64,000 nucleotides of DNA, from positions 960,001 to 1,024,000 of the forward strand of contig OY729416.1 of assembly GCA_963422265.1 (NCBI GenBank), read 5' to 3'. Below the pieces are notes generated by a model that was not told the origin of the DNA, ran no database searches, and saw only the letters and a program-made list of their open reading frames with translations. The stretch is from Thermodesulfobacteriota bacterium. Its GTDB lineage: Bacteria; Desulfobacterota_D; UBA1144; Nemesobacterales; UBA2774. The position numbers were made by a program, and so were the translations under genes. This document shows, piece after piece, positions 10,548-20,652 of this stretch (its first letter is position 1; each line of letters opens with the position of its first letter).

Positions 10548-11780
10548 ATGTTTGGCAAAAAGATATTTTACGGATGGTATATAGTAGTAGCTTCGCTATT
10601 TATAATAATTCTTGATGGCTTGCTTCTCTACTCTTTCGGCGTATTTCTGCCTTATATAAACGAGGAGTTCGGCATGTCTCGGGCATTAGGCTCCTCGCTC
10701 TTTTCATTCCGCTCACTTATCCTAGCGCCCGGCTTTATTATCGCAGGCAGACTCATAGACAAATACGACCCTAGAATTGTAATTTTCGGCGGAGGCTCAA
10801 TAGCAGCTTTGGGGATGATACTTTCGGGCTTTGCCAGCAACGTATGGGAGCTGTTTATCTTCTACGGATTGTTCGTTGGTTTAGGGGACACCGTTCTCTA
10901 CATAACCTGCGTCGCGGTCATAAGCAGGTGGTTCGTGAAAAAACGCACCCTTGCAATAGGGATTATCACAACCGGAGTGCCACTTAGCGGACTGATAACA
11001 AATCCTCTCACGGCATCGTTAATTAACAACTTGGGCTTTAGGTCCGCCCTTATAACGCTTGGAGTCATAATGCTTATCACTCTCCTATCGTCATTCGTCC
11101 TAAGGGGTTATCCAAAGGACGTTGGGCTTAGCCCTTACGGAGAAGAAAATGACGGAACGCAGGAAGATGGATGGGGCGGAAATAAAAGCAACGGAGAATG
11201 GACGGCCACTGAGGCTATCTCTACTCCTAATTACTGGATTATGTATTTGATGTTCGTCTTTGGTTTCATAGCGTTCTTAACAATAGTTACGCAGTTTTAT
11301 AACTTCGAGATTGATCTTAACATTCCAGCGGTGGCAGCAGCCGGTCCACCCGCGGCGATAGGGCTAGGAAGTATCCTGGGAAGAACCATCCTAACGTCAC
11401 TATTCGCAGAATCGCTAGACTACCATAAAGTCCTATTTGTATGCCTCTTAATGCAGGGAAGCTCTATAATTATTCTTTTGACATTTGATAGTATTTGGGC
11501 TTTTTACACATTTGGATTGATGTTCGGCTTTTTTTACAGTGGATGCATACCCATATTCCCCACCCTCCTCGCGAAGTTCTACGGATTAAAGGCGCTGGGG
11601 ACGATCTACGGTATATTCGGCACTGCTTATTCAATCGCGGCTATCGGTGCGCCTATCCTTGCAGGCTACGTCTTTGATATAACAGGGAGCTATTACTACC
11701 CATTCCTGTTCTCAGTATTCTGCTGCTATCTAGCTGCAATCGGTGCTTTTTTGATAAAAACGCCGGTAAAGAAAACATAA
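10548..11780 (+). CDS. MFS transporter (OFA/MCT-like)
   Basis: YGWYIV, GRLIDKYDPR, ISRWFVKKR, ~12 TM segments. Confidence 0.92.
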   Translation: MFGKKIFYGWYIVVASLFIIILDGLLLYSFGVFLPYINEEFGMSRALGSSLFSFRSLILAPGFIIAGRLIDKYDPRIVIFGGGSIAALGMILSGFASNVWELFIFYGLFVGLGDTVLYITCVAVISRWFVKKRTLAIGIITTGVPLSGLITNPLTASLINNLGFRSALITLGVIMLITLLSSFVLRGYPKDVGLSPYGEENDGTQEDGWGGNKSNGEWTATEAISTPNYWIMYLMFVFGFIAFLTIVTQFYNFEIDLNIPAVAAAGPPAAIGLGSILGRTILTSLFAESLDYHKVLFVCLLMQGSSIIILLTFDSIWAFYTFGLMFGFFYSGCIPIFPTLLAKFYGLKALGTIYGIFGTAYSIAAIGAPILAGYVFDITGSYYYPFLFSVFCCYLAAIGAFLIKTPVKKT

Positions 11781-11831
11781 TGGGCAAAGCAAACATCTGC
11801 CTAATAACAGAGCTAATCCGGGGCTCTCAAG

Positions 11832-12827
11832 TTATGGATTCAATATCAACTTGCCAAACTGGTTTCTATCCTCAAGCCTTTTATGAGCTTGAGCCGCTTC
11901 TGACAAATGAAATTTTTCGTCTATAACGGGGTGGAGCCTGCCTAATGAGACAAGGTTGATAACGTTTGTCAAATTCTTGCGAGGAGAGTTAAAAACCGTA
12001 ACCCCTATTATAGAAAGGTCTCTCATAATTATCGGTCCGAAATTCATCTCGGCTTTTCCCCCGCCCACAACACCAACGAGAAGCATACGTCCCCCAGCTT
12101 TTAATGATTTAAGATTCTTTTCCCATACTGAGGCGCCAATTTGATCAAAGATCAAGTCAACTCCTTTTCCATCCGTCACTTTCTTCACCTCGTCGGCAAA
12201 ATCAGAGGCGTTGTAATTAATGGTAGCATCCGCCCCTATCTCCTTTACTTTTTTGAGCTTCTCGTCGCTTCCCGCAGTCGCAATCACGGTTGCCCCACCC
12301 TCTTTCGCAATCTGCACCGCCGCGCTGCCCGTCCCACTACCCGCGGCGTGGACAAGCACCGTCTCGTCCGACCGCATACCCCCCCTGTCAAATAGACCAT
12401 ACCAAGCCGTAACGTAGCAAACCGGAAGAGTAGAAGCATCATCATAAGAAACTTCATCAGGTATAGGCACCACGTTGTGGGCTGGGACAGCTACGTAGTC
12501 CGCGTAGCCACCGTAGAAATTAACGCCGACAACGCTAGGTCCCTTGTCCGTCTTTACCGTAGGATCAACAACGACGCGGGTTCCCTTGTCTAAATTCTTT
12601 ACGCTCCCACCTACTTCTTCTACGTCACCCGCAATATCCACCCCGCCTATATGAGGTAGATCCACTGGTCTAGGAGACTTTCCCGACCTAAGGCGCAAAT
12701 CCAGATGGTTTATTGAGGTTGCCTTCACGCGCACCAAAACCTCCTCGTCTCCTACGCTAGGTTTCTCTACGTCCTCATATTTCAATACTTCAACTTCGCC
12801 AAACTCATGATAACGAATCGCTTTCAT
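11832..12827 (-). CDS. MDR-family NADPH:quinone oxidoreductase
   Basis: MKAIRYHEFG..EVL, VLVHAAGSGTGSAAVQIAK, QFGKLIL. Confidence 0.92.
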   Translation of the reverse strand: MKAIRYHEFGEVEVLKYEDVEKPSVGDEEVLVRVKATSINHLDLRLRSGKSPRPVDLPHIGGVDIAGDVEEVGGSVKNLDKGTRVVVDPTVKTDKGPSVVGVNFYGGYADYVAVPAHNVVPIPDEVSYDDASTLPVCYVTAWYGLFDRGGMRSDETVLVHAAGSGTGSAAVQIAKEGGATVIATAGSDEKLKKVKEIGADATINYNASDFADEVKKVTDGKGVDLIFDQIGASVWEKNLKSLKAGGRMLLVGVVGGGKAEMNFGPIIMRDLSIIGVTVFNSPRKNLTNVINLVSLGRLHPVIDEKFHLSEAAQAHKRLEDRNQFGKLILNP

Positions 12828-13002
12828 CTTTAGTCTCCTTAAAATTAATTCAACATTTTATTTTTACATTTGTTTATTCTAATCTATTGAGAGAAAAATG
12901 TTAAACTACTGCATGCCTAGTTTATATATTTTGTTGAAGACTTATAGCCGATAAGGTAGCTTGTGAGGCAAGGCATTAATAAATGAAGCGTATGAACCGA
13001 CT

Positions 13003-13227
13003 ATGTTTGGAATAGGCACAGGTGAGATATTAGTAATACTGCTTATAGCCCTTTTGATACTTGGACCAAAAGAAATTCCCAAGCTAGCGAGGACACTAGG
13101 AAGGGGGATGAGGGAAATTGAACGCACTAAAGACGAGCTGAAGCAGTCCATCAACTTTGAAGAAGACGACAAAGGGAGAAATAAAAAGTCCACAGAGGAA
13201 AACAATCAGCTTACAAAGGGCAGTTAG
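13003..13227 (+). CDS. Twin-arginine translocase TatA/TatB subunit
   Basis: MFGIG..EILVIL..ALLILGPKEIPKLARTLGRG.RE. Confidence 0.9.
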   Translation: MFGIGTGEILVILLIALLILGPKEIPKLARTLGRGMREIERTKDELKQSINFEEDDKGRNKKSTEENNQLTKGS

Positions 13228-13252
13228 CCCTATTATTCAGAAAGTTATGAAC

Positions 13253-15103
13253 TTAAAAAGCCTGCCCTATGCTTAAAAAGAACCGGAAATTTCTAGTCTC
13301 GGATCCGGAATTTAGAGCATAACCAACATCAAATCCTAAGGGACCTATACGCGTATTATATCTTAGCCCTAGTCCCGGTGCATATTTTAATTGATCAAGA
13401 GGGAGTTCCCACCCCTTCTGGTACACGTTACCGTAATCAAAGAATGCTACTCCACTGAAACTACCGCGTAAGGGAAATCTTAACTCAAGGCTCCCCGTGA
13501 GAAGTGAGTTGCCCCCAAGCGGATCACCGTCCTCATCAAGAGCACCCAACTTCTGGAAGGAAAACCCCCTCATGCTAGAACTACCGCCCGCAAAAAACCT
13601 CTTGAATATAGGCACGTCAAACGTGCTGGTCGAGCCAAATGGTTGTATAACGCCCACACTAAGCCTTTTCGCTAAGACTAAGCGGCGCAGCTTCTTATAC
13701 CTTCTTAACTCGAGGGTGCCTTTTAGGTAGTTAACCTCGGACGCTAGAGCCCTGAATGAAGATTCAAGGCTTGATGAAACCACGGTTCCTCTGGAAGGAT
13801 TCAAAATACTGTCCGTCGTATTCCTCTCAATAACAGTATTGAAGAAAGTAAGAAAGAAATTCTCATGGCGTTTGTAATCGAGGGTCCCTGTCGTTTTGTC
13901 CCGCACGTTTGAAAATTGGACGTTGAAGGAGCCAGACCACAAGTAATTTTTGTAAAAACCTTTTTGCACCCTTCCAGCAACCAAAAAGCCTCTACTCTCA
14001 AAGCTCGACACATTGTTCCTTTCAAAATTGAGAAACCCTGAGACCTCAGAGTCTTTTCCAAGGATAAAAGGCTGCGCTAGGCTAGTCTCTACCTTTTGAG
14101 TAATAAAAGAGAACTTGCCAGATGCCCCTAATCTTCTACTACCCCCGAGAAAGTTGCTATGAGTCCAGACGACCTGAGCCCTGAGTTTATCTTCAGTGCC
14201 AAAGCCACCTCCCACCTTTACGGATCCGTGTTTTCTTTCTTTGACAACCATTTTCACGTTGGCGACCCTATCTTCGTCATTAAATACTGGATCAACTACA
14301 ACTAGCCTGAATAAGCCAAGTTGCAGAATACTAGTCTGCGTATCATTGAGTTTTTCCAGTGAATACGATTCACCCTCCTCGAAATCCGCCTCCCTTTCAA
14401 TTATATGGCTCTCAATATCGTCATTGCCTTCTACCCTTATAGTTCCGAATTTATAAATAGCAACCGGGTCTATAACGAATCTCACACGCGCCCATCTCTC
14501 CCTTCTATTTACAAGCGCCTCACCTTCAACCTCAGCCTTAGGATATCCGTTATTTGAAAGAACCTCTGATATTGCCTGCCTCAACCGCCGGTATGCGATT
14601 ATGGAAAAGACATCGCCAGTCTCCAGGGACAAAGCCCGGCTGACCTCTTTTTTTATTTCGTTACTTAGATTCCATTTATATGCTATATCAAACTCAGTTA
14701 GTATGACCGGTCGTCCTTCCTCTATATTGATAGTAATATTGACGCGCTTTCGGTCCTCACTATAGCTAAGTTCATAAGCAGATTGCACATCGTGGTAACC
14801 GTGATGCGCATAAAGACTTTTTATCCTAGCCATATCATTCTTTAAGATTTCTTCATCTAGCGCAGGTCTCTGCAGCCAGAATTTGGACGAGGGGAACTCA
14901 GTCCGCATATTTCGCTCTATCTCTCGCTCGCCAAGCGCTTTAGCTCCTTTTATCGTTATCTTGGAAATGCGGGCTGAACCCCCTGAGTCTTTCGCTTCCT
15001 GAGCCAAATCTTGAGCTTCTTGGGAGAAAGCGGTGGTTGAATAGCTAAGAGGCATCCCACATAAAGCAAGGCAAAAAAAGATTCCGATTACAAGTCTGGT
15101 CAT
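13253..15103 (-). CDS. Omp85 family outer-membrane protein (BamA/TamA-like)
   Basis: POTRA-like N-terminus, RFFAGG..SMRGF, GLGLRYNT.IGP..FD, C-terminal IGQAF. Confidence 0.9.
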   Translation of the reverse strand: MTRLVIGIFFCLALCGMPLSYSTTAFSQEAQDLAQEAKDSGGSARISKITIKGAKALGEREIERNMRTEFPSSKFWLQRPALDEEILKNDMARIKSLYAHHGYHDVQSAYELSYSEDRKRVNITINIEEGRPVILTEFDIAYKWNLSNEIKKEVSRALSLETGDVFSIIAYRRLRQAISEVLSNNGYPKAEVEGEALVNRRERWARVRFVIDPVAIYKFGTIRVEGNDDIESHIIEREADFEEGESYSLEKLNDTQTSILQLGLFRLVVVDPVFNDEDRVANVKMVVKERKHGSVKVGGGFGTEDKLRAQVVWTHSNFLGGSRRLGASGKFSFITQKVETSLAQPFILGKDSEVSGFLNFERNNVSSFESRGFLVAGRVQKGFYKNYLWSGSFNVQFSNVRDKTTGTLDYKRHENFFLTFFNTVIERNTTDSILNPSRGTVVSSSLESSFRALASEVNYLKGTLELRRYKKLRRLVLAKRLSVGVIQPFGSTSTFDVPIFKRFFAGGSSSMRGFSFQKLGALDEDGDPLGGNSLLTGSLELRFPLRGSFSGVAFFDYGNVYQKGWELPLDQLKYAPGLGLRYNTRIGPLGFDVGYALNSGSETRNFRFFLSIGQAF

Positions 15104-15324
15104 TGCGCTGATTGAATCAGGTGGCTACTAACCTGAGGAGAGGCGCTTGCTAAAAAAAACTAGCCGTCTTTTTTTAAGACTTTCTTAATATACAACCCTA
15201 ATGCGCTTATCGGGAGACGTTAAGGAAGGGAACAGCTTTTGCTGCCTTTCTCTCTGGATTCACATAGTTATGGGAACGGCGTCCCCGAATACGCCAGCCG
15301 TTAATAACCCGTTAACCTCATCTA

Positions 15325-16836
15325 TCATTTCTTCTCGCTATCCTTTCCAGAACCTTCAACCCTGATAGTCATATAAAAGGTGCTTTCTCCCCTTCGTATT
15401 AAGAAAAGGGCAGTTCCACCGCTCTTGACGCTATCTATAGCGGACGCGTAATTCTTCAGATTTTCAATAGGTTTTTTATCTATCTCAAGTATCACGTCAC
15501 CGGGTCTGATACCAGCATACGCCGCTATACTTCCCCGCTCGACCCCTGCTACTATAACCCCTCTAGTATCGCTGAGATTGAAACGCTCAGCAATATTCGG
15601 AGTTATCTCTCTAACGGTAAGACCAATTCTCTCCTTGTTTTCTAACTGCGTCTGCGCCTCTCGCTCGTCTTCAGGTAGTTTGCCGAGTTTGACTCTGACG
15701 TTCTTCATTTTGCCGTTGCTAATGAGTTTAACGTTGACCTCGGTCTCGGGTGACGTAGAGGCAGCCATTGTCCTAACGTCAGTCACGTCTTTAACCTTAT
15801 TCCCGTTAAATTCAATAATAACGTTTCCCCTCTCTATACCAGCCTTCTCAGCCGGGCTACCGGTCATCACGTCGCTTACAAGAGCGCCTTCATTCTCTTT
15901 AATCCCAAAACTTGCGGCAATATCAGGCGTAAGAGGCTGAACGTAAATCCCTAGCCAACCCCTTACTACGCTCCCTTTATTCTTTAGTTGCTCTATTACG
16001 GATTCAGCCATGCTTACGGGTATAGAGAATCCTATACCCTGTCCATGCCTTGCAATAGCCGTATTAATGCCTACAACGTCTCCGTTGAGATTAAAAAGCG
16101 GTCCCCCACTATTACCCGGGTTGAGGGAAGCGTCCGTCTGAATGAAATCTTCGTAATCACTAAGCCCTAGAGAACGTCCCTTAGCGCTTACTATACCGGT
16201 CGTTACGGTGTAGCCGAAACCAAGTGGATTGCCTATAGCTATCACCCAGTCACCTATTCTTAGCTTATCAGAATCCCCAAATCTGACAGCATGCAGTTCT
16301 TTATCAGGCTCAATTTTAAGCACGGCTAAATCTGTTTTGGGATCCTTCCCTATTATTTTCGCTTTATATTTGTCGCCGCTTTGCAAAACTACCTCTATAT
16401 CTTCGGCATTCTGGATCACGTGATTATTGGTAACAACGTAGCCGTCGCTGCTAATGACAAAACCAGAGCCTAAACCCCGATGCCTATACTCCCTCTCTCC
16501 AAAAAACCTCTTGAAAAAATCATCAAAGGGGTGATTCTCGCCAAATGGACTCCTCGGCATCCCATCAAATGGGCCTCTTTGACTAATTACCCCAGTCGTG
16601 CTTATATTCACTACCGACGGTTTGAGACTTTCTATTAAATCCGCAAAGGAAGGAAACTTCTGGGTAACTATTTTCGTATGTGCTTTCCCTTCATCCCTCT
16701 TATTCTCCTCAGCAGACCGCTCCTTCGCGATTGAGTTCTTATTTGATAAGATGGATTTGTCAATATTCTCACAACCAGCCGCCGTGAAAGAAACAGCTAA
16801 CAGGATAATAAGCAACAAACTGAACGATAATCTCAT
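15325..16836 (-). CDS. DegP/DegQ serine endoprotease with two PDZ domains
   Basis: GLGSGFVI, TNNHV, TDLAVLK, IQTDASLNPGNSGGPL. Confidence 0.95.
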   Translation of the reverse strand: MRLSFSLLLIILLAVSFTAAGCENIDKSILSNKNSIAKERSAEENKRDEGKAHTKIVTQKFPSFADLIESLKPSVVNISTTGVISQRGPFDGMPRSPFGENHPFDDFFKRFFGEREYRHRGLGSGFVISSDGYVVTNNHVIQNAEDIEVVLQSGDKYKAKIIGKDPKTDLAVLKIEPDKELHAVRFGDSDKLRIGDWVIAIGNPLGFGYTVTTGIVSAKGRSLGLSDYEDFIQTDASLNPGNSGGPLFNLNGDVVGINTAIARHGQGIGFSIPVSMAESVIEQLKNKGSVVRGWLGIYVQPLTPDIAASFGIKENEGALVSDVMTGSPAEKAGIERGNVIIEFNGNKVKDVTDVRTMAASTSPETEVNVKLISNGKMKNVRVKLGKLPEDEREAQTQLENKERIGLTVREITPNIAERFNLSDTRGVIVAGVERGSIAAYAGIRPGDVILEIDKKPIENLKNYASAIDSVKSGGTALFLIRRGESTFYMTIRVEGSGKDSEKK

Positions 16837-16977
16837 TACTCCCTCCTTGAGTTTCTTTTAACAGGGATAATATAGCAGTGAATACCATATAGGCAAGCGC
16901 CTTACCTTTATGTTGCCGACTCACCTTGCTACGGTAATTATTATGAGATTTCAAAGAGTTCTTTAGGGAAAGGGACA

Positions 16978-19365
16978 TTGATCAAGCTCATTGAAAGATA
17001 TATGAAATGGCTTCATACGCAGTGGCCTGCAGGCGCCTGTGAGAAGCTACCCGAAGTCAATAGCGACTACTCAACAAATATTCCAGGTCTATATGTAGTA
17101 GGAGACCTAACTGGAATACCTCTGCTAAAATTCTCCTCTGATTCAGGAGCTAAAGCCGTTAAGTCTATCCTCTCTGATAACAGCTTTCGCAGTAAACGCT
17201 CGCAAAATCAGAGTCCCGATATACTTGACCTAGTTATAATCGGCGCTGGCGTATCAGGTATGGCAGCCGCCCTTGAGGCGAGAAAAAACGACCTTAATTT
17301 TGAAATACTAGAGGCTACGGAACCCCTCTCAACCATTGTGAATTTCCCTAAGGGGAAACCAATATACGCTTACCCAACCGACATGTCACCTGAGGGTGAC
17401 CTTCAGTTTACGCAGGAGGTAAAGGAGCCACTTGTTGAAGAAATAAAAGACCAGACTTTGAGTAAAGGGATTACGCCTAAAATAGCTAGGGCTGAAAAAG
17501 TTGAACTCAAAGGGGATTATTTTGAGATAACGATCCCTGATGGAGAAAATCTAAAGGCGAGGCGCATTATTGTCGGCATAGGTCGCTCAGGCAACTTCAG
17601 GAAATTAGGAGTGCGGGGAGAAGATAGAAATAAGGTATTCAATCGCCTTCACGATCCAAAGGACTTTGAGGGGAAAAACGTTTTGGTGATAGGGGGCGGC
17701 GATAGCGCGCTAGAGACGTCTATCGCAATAGCCAAGGCGGGTGGACTGGTTACGCACTCCTATAGAAGAGAAGAATTCTCTCGCCCTAAATCAAACAATA
17801 TAGAAGCTATCAATGCTCTTATGACTGACCCGATGGCGGACGTATCAATAGAGACCCCCTCTTCAGAACGCGTTACAACCTGCACGGGGAAGTTTACCTC
17901 AGATGAGCATAAACCCGGAAAGATGAACCTTCTAATGAAAAGCCAGGTTAAGGAAATTGGAGAACAAGGCGTAACGCTGATTGACAAGAATGGAAATGAG
18001 CTGACTATTGCGAATGACGTCGTGTTTACCATGATAGGGCGCGAGGCGCCGCTTGATTTTTTCCGCAGGAGTAAGGTGAAAATAAGCGGTGAGATTGGAG
18101 TTAAGGGAATAATCGGATTAGCAATCTCGCTTATATTTTTCACGTTTATCTATAACTGGAAGGCTGGCGGTTCTCTTACAAAACTCTTTCAGATGAATGA
18201 ATGGTTCCCATACAACCTACCAACGCTACTTAAGAGCATGAGCGAGCCTGTTAGCCAACAAGTTAACGATCCCGCTACATTGATAGGGAATCTATCAATC
18301 ACGCTCGAAGAACCGGGATTCTACTATTCATTTCTATATACCCTAATCATTATCATTTTTGGCATTCTAAGGATTAGAAGGCGTAAAACGCCATATATTA
18401 CAGCGCAAACAATATCGCTTATCTTAGTGCAGGTTATACCCCTTTTTCTTTTGCCGTATTTCACCTTACCCTTACTAGGCGCTAACGGCTTTTTTGACTC
18501 AGGAATGCCGAAGGTAGTAGCCGATTCCTTATTTCCCGAAGCTAACTACGGACACGGGCGGGAATATTGGCGGGCATTTGGACTCATCCTCGCCTGGCCA
18601 CTATTTGTATGGAACGTTTTCAGTCATCAGCCACTTTGGGGATGGCTTGTTATAAGCGTGATACAAACGTTCGCTATCATTCCGGCTATTATCTACTTTT
18701 GGGGAAAGGGGGCATACTGTGGATGGATATGCTCTTGCGGGGCTATGGCTGAGACGCTTGGGGACGCGCATCGCCACAAAATGCCGCACGGCGCCAAGTG
18801 GAATCGGGCGAATATGCTCGGGCAGGTAATTTTAGCGATTGCTTTCATAATACTCTTTACGCGAATAATTAGTTGGGCAACACCTAACAGTAGTATTGGA
18901 CAAACCTTCAATAATCTTTATGTAGGTATGCTTTACGGATGGACGCCACTCGGAATACAACTCAATTATAAATGGGTGGTGGATATACTTTTAGCTGGCA
19001 TAATAGGCTATGGGCTCTACTTTTGGTATAGCGGCAGGGTATGGTGCAGGTTTGCGTGTCCCCTTGCAGCTCTTATGCACGTCTATACACGATTTAGCCG
19101 TTTTAGAATAATAGCAGACAAAAAGAAATGTATCTCCTGTAACCTGTGCACGTCGGTTTGTCACCAGGGAATAGACGTTATGAACTTTGCCAACAAAGGG
19201 CTGCCTATGAACGACCCTGAGTGCGTGCGATGCAGCGCCTGCGTTCAATCCTGCCCTACGGGGGTGCTCCAATTTGGGCAGATCAACAAGGAGACCGGTA
19301 AAGTAATTAAGATTGACAGCCTAGAGGCCTCTCCAGTTATTATGAGGGAAAGTATCAAGCAATGA
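16978..19365 (+). CDS. Thioredoxin-reductase-like FAD/NAD(P) oxidoreductase fused to a membrane 4Fe-4S (NapH/NosR-like) domain
   Basis: IIGAGVSG and VIGGGDSA; TM region; CGWICSCG, WCRFACP; CISCNLCTSVC and CVRCSACVQSCP. Confidence 0.85.
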   Translation: MIKLIERYMKWLHTQWPAGACEKLPEVNSDYSTNIPGLYVVGDLTGIPLLKFSSDSGAKAVKSILSDNSFRSKRSQNQSPDILDLVIIGAGVSGMAAALEARKNDLNFEILEATEPLSTIVNFPKGKPIYAYPTDMSPEGDLQFTQEVKEPLVEEIKDQTLSKGITPKIARAEKVELKGDYFEITIPDGENLKARRIIVGIGRSGNFRKLGVRGEDRNKVFNRLHDPKDFEGKNVLVIGGGDSALETSIAIAKAGGLVTHSYRREEFSRPKSNNIEAINALMTDPMADVSIETPSSERVTTCTGKFTSDEHKPGKMNLLMKSQVKEIGEQGVTLIDKNGNELTIANDVVFTMIGREAPLDFFRRSKVKISGEIGVKGIIGLAISLIFFTFIYNWKAGGSLTKLFQMNEWFPYNLPTLLKSMSEPVSQQVNDPATLIGNLSITLEEPGFYYSFLYTLIIIIFGILRIRRRKTPYITAQTISLILVQVIPLFLLPYFTLPLLGANGFFDSGMPKVVADSLFPEANYGHGREYWRAFGLILAWPLFVWNVFSHQPLWGWLVISVIQTFAIIPAIIYFWGKGAYCGWICSCGAMAETLGDAHRHKMPHGAKWNRANMLGQVILAIAFIILFTRIISWATPNSSIGQTFNNLYVGMLYGWTPLGIQLNYKWVVDILLAGIIGYGLYFWYSGRVWCRFACPLAALMHVYTRFSRFRIIADKKKCISCNLCTSVCHQGIDVMNFANKGLPMNDPECVRCSACVQSCPTGVLQFGQINKETGKVIKIDSLEASPVIMRESIKQ

Positions 19366-20057
19366 AAAAGAAAACATTAGTAATAATCCCTGCGTTTAAT
19401 GAAGAAGACTCCATTGAGAAAGTAATAGGAGATATTCCTCACAATCTAGTAAACGAGGTTGTAGTAGTCAACAACGGCTCGATGGATAAGACTGAAGAAA
19501 AGGCTAGGAACGCGGGAGCAACAGTGGTTAGAGAACACAGAAAGGGATATGGCTATGCCTGTCTTAAAGGGATTGAATACGCAAAGTTTAAACCGGCAAA
19601 TGAACACCCTGACTTTATAGTCTTTCTTGACGGTGATTATTCTGATTACCCTGAGGAGATGGAAAGGCTCGTAACGCCAATAATAAAAGAGAATTATGAC
19701 ATGGTCATAGGTTCCAGAAAACTCGGCAATTCTGAAAAAGGTGCTATGCTACCCCAGCAAGTATTTGGAAACGCCCTTGCCACAACCTTAATAAAGCTCT
19801 TATACGGCGCCGCTTTTACAGACCTAGGACCCTTCAGGGCTATAAAGCTGGATAAGCTGCTGGAGCTTGGCATGGAGGACAAAACCTATGGGTGGACTGC
19901 CGAAATGCAGGTTAAGGCAGCTAAAAAAGGGTATAAATACCTTGAAGTTCCCGTTGGTTATCGCAAAAGAATTGGGAAGTCAAAAATAACAGGCACGCTC
20001 AAAGGCTCAATCAAAGCGGGTTATAAGATTATTTGGACGATATTTAGGTGTTTGTGA
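19362..20057 (+). CDS. Glycosyltransferase family 2
   Basis: VIIPAFNEE, VVVNNGS.D.T, FLDGDYSD, TDLGPFRAI; 4-nt overlap with upstream gene. Confidence 0.92.
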   Translation: MKKKTLVIIPAFNEEDSIEKVIGDIPHNLVNEVVVVNNGSMDKTEEKARNAGATVVREHRKGYGYACLKGIEYAKFKPANEHPDFIVFLDGDYSDYPEEMERLVTPIIKENYDMVIGSRKLGNSEKGAMLPQQVFGNALATTLIKLLYGAAFTDLGPFRAIKLDKLLELGMEDKTYGWTAEMQVKAAKKGYKYLEVPVGYRKRIGKSKITGTLKGSIKAGYKIIWTIFRCL

Positions 20058-20652
20058 GGGGTGGCGGGTTGGGACGCATTAGATTTTTCTAAGCTCTCAA
20101 TTCCCCGCCTGCTTTTTACGGAAGGAGGAAATAATCTCATCTAATTCTTGCTCACCGATGCCGCCAACGCTGGCAGAATTATCTTTCTCATTAGCATTCT
20201 CCTTGTATGGTAACTCAGAAGCAATAGCCTTAGACGCTACTCGCAGCAAAAGAAAAAAGGAAATAATAGAAAGATCCAAGGCAATCGAAAAAGAAATCCA
20301 AACAACAACACTAAAAGAATTGCTAAACTTCCAACTCAATGACCCTAAAAATTGAAAACCCCCTGTATAAACTCCAACAGGGGAGAGCGGGGGAGATCAA
20401 AGGACCGCCTGTATCTCTGTCTTAGCACGATTTAAGCTCACTTAGAAAGCTTTTTAAGGGGCAGATAAATACCCATTAAAATTAAGCTGATTACTTAAAT
20501 TTAGCCGCGTTAGGACAAAGAACCTGTTCCACTTTTTGCCAAAACATCTGTCCAGTTATACTTTTCATGTCTTAATTGCTCTTAAGACTTATTTCTATAC
20601 TTCATACTTCTGAACTCAATTTCTGATTCCTCAGTTAGAAGGGGGTAACCAA

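Noticed and set aside
20097-20355. Short ORFs at the island's left edge as a transposase or integrase remnant
   Set aside because: No recognisable catalytic motif or terminal repeats; at most an unidentifiable fragment.
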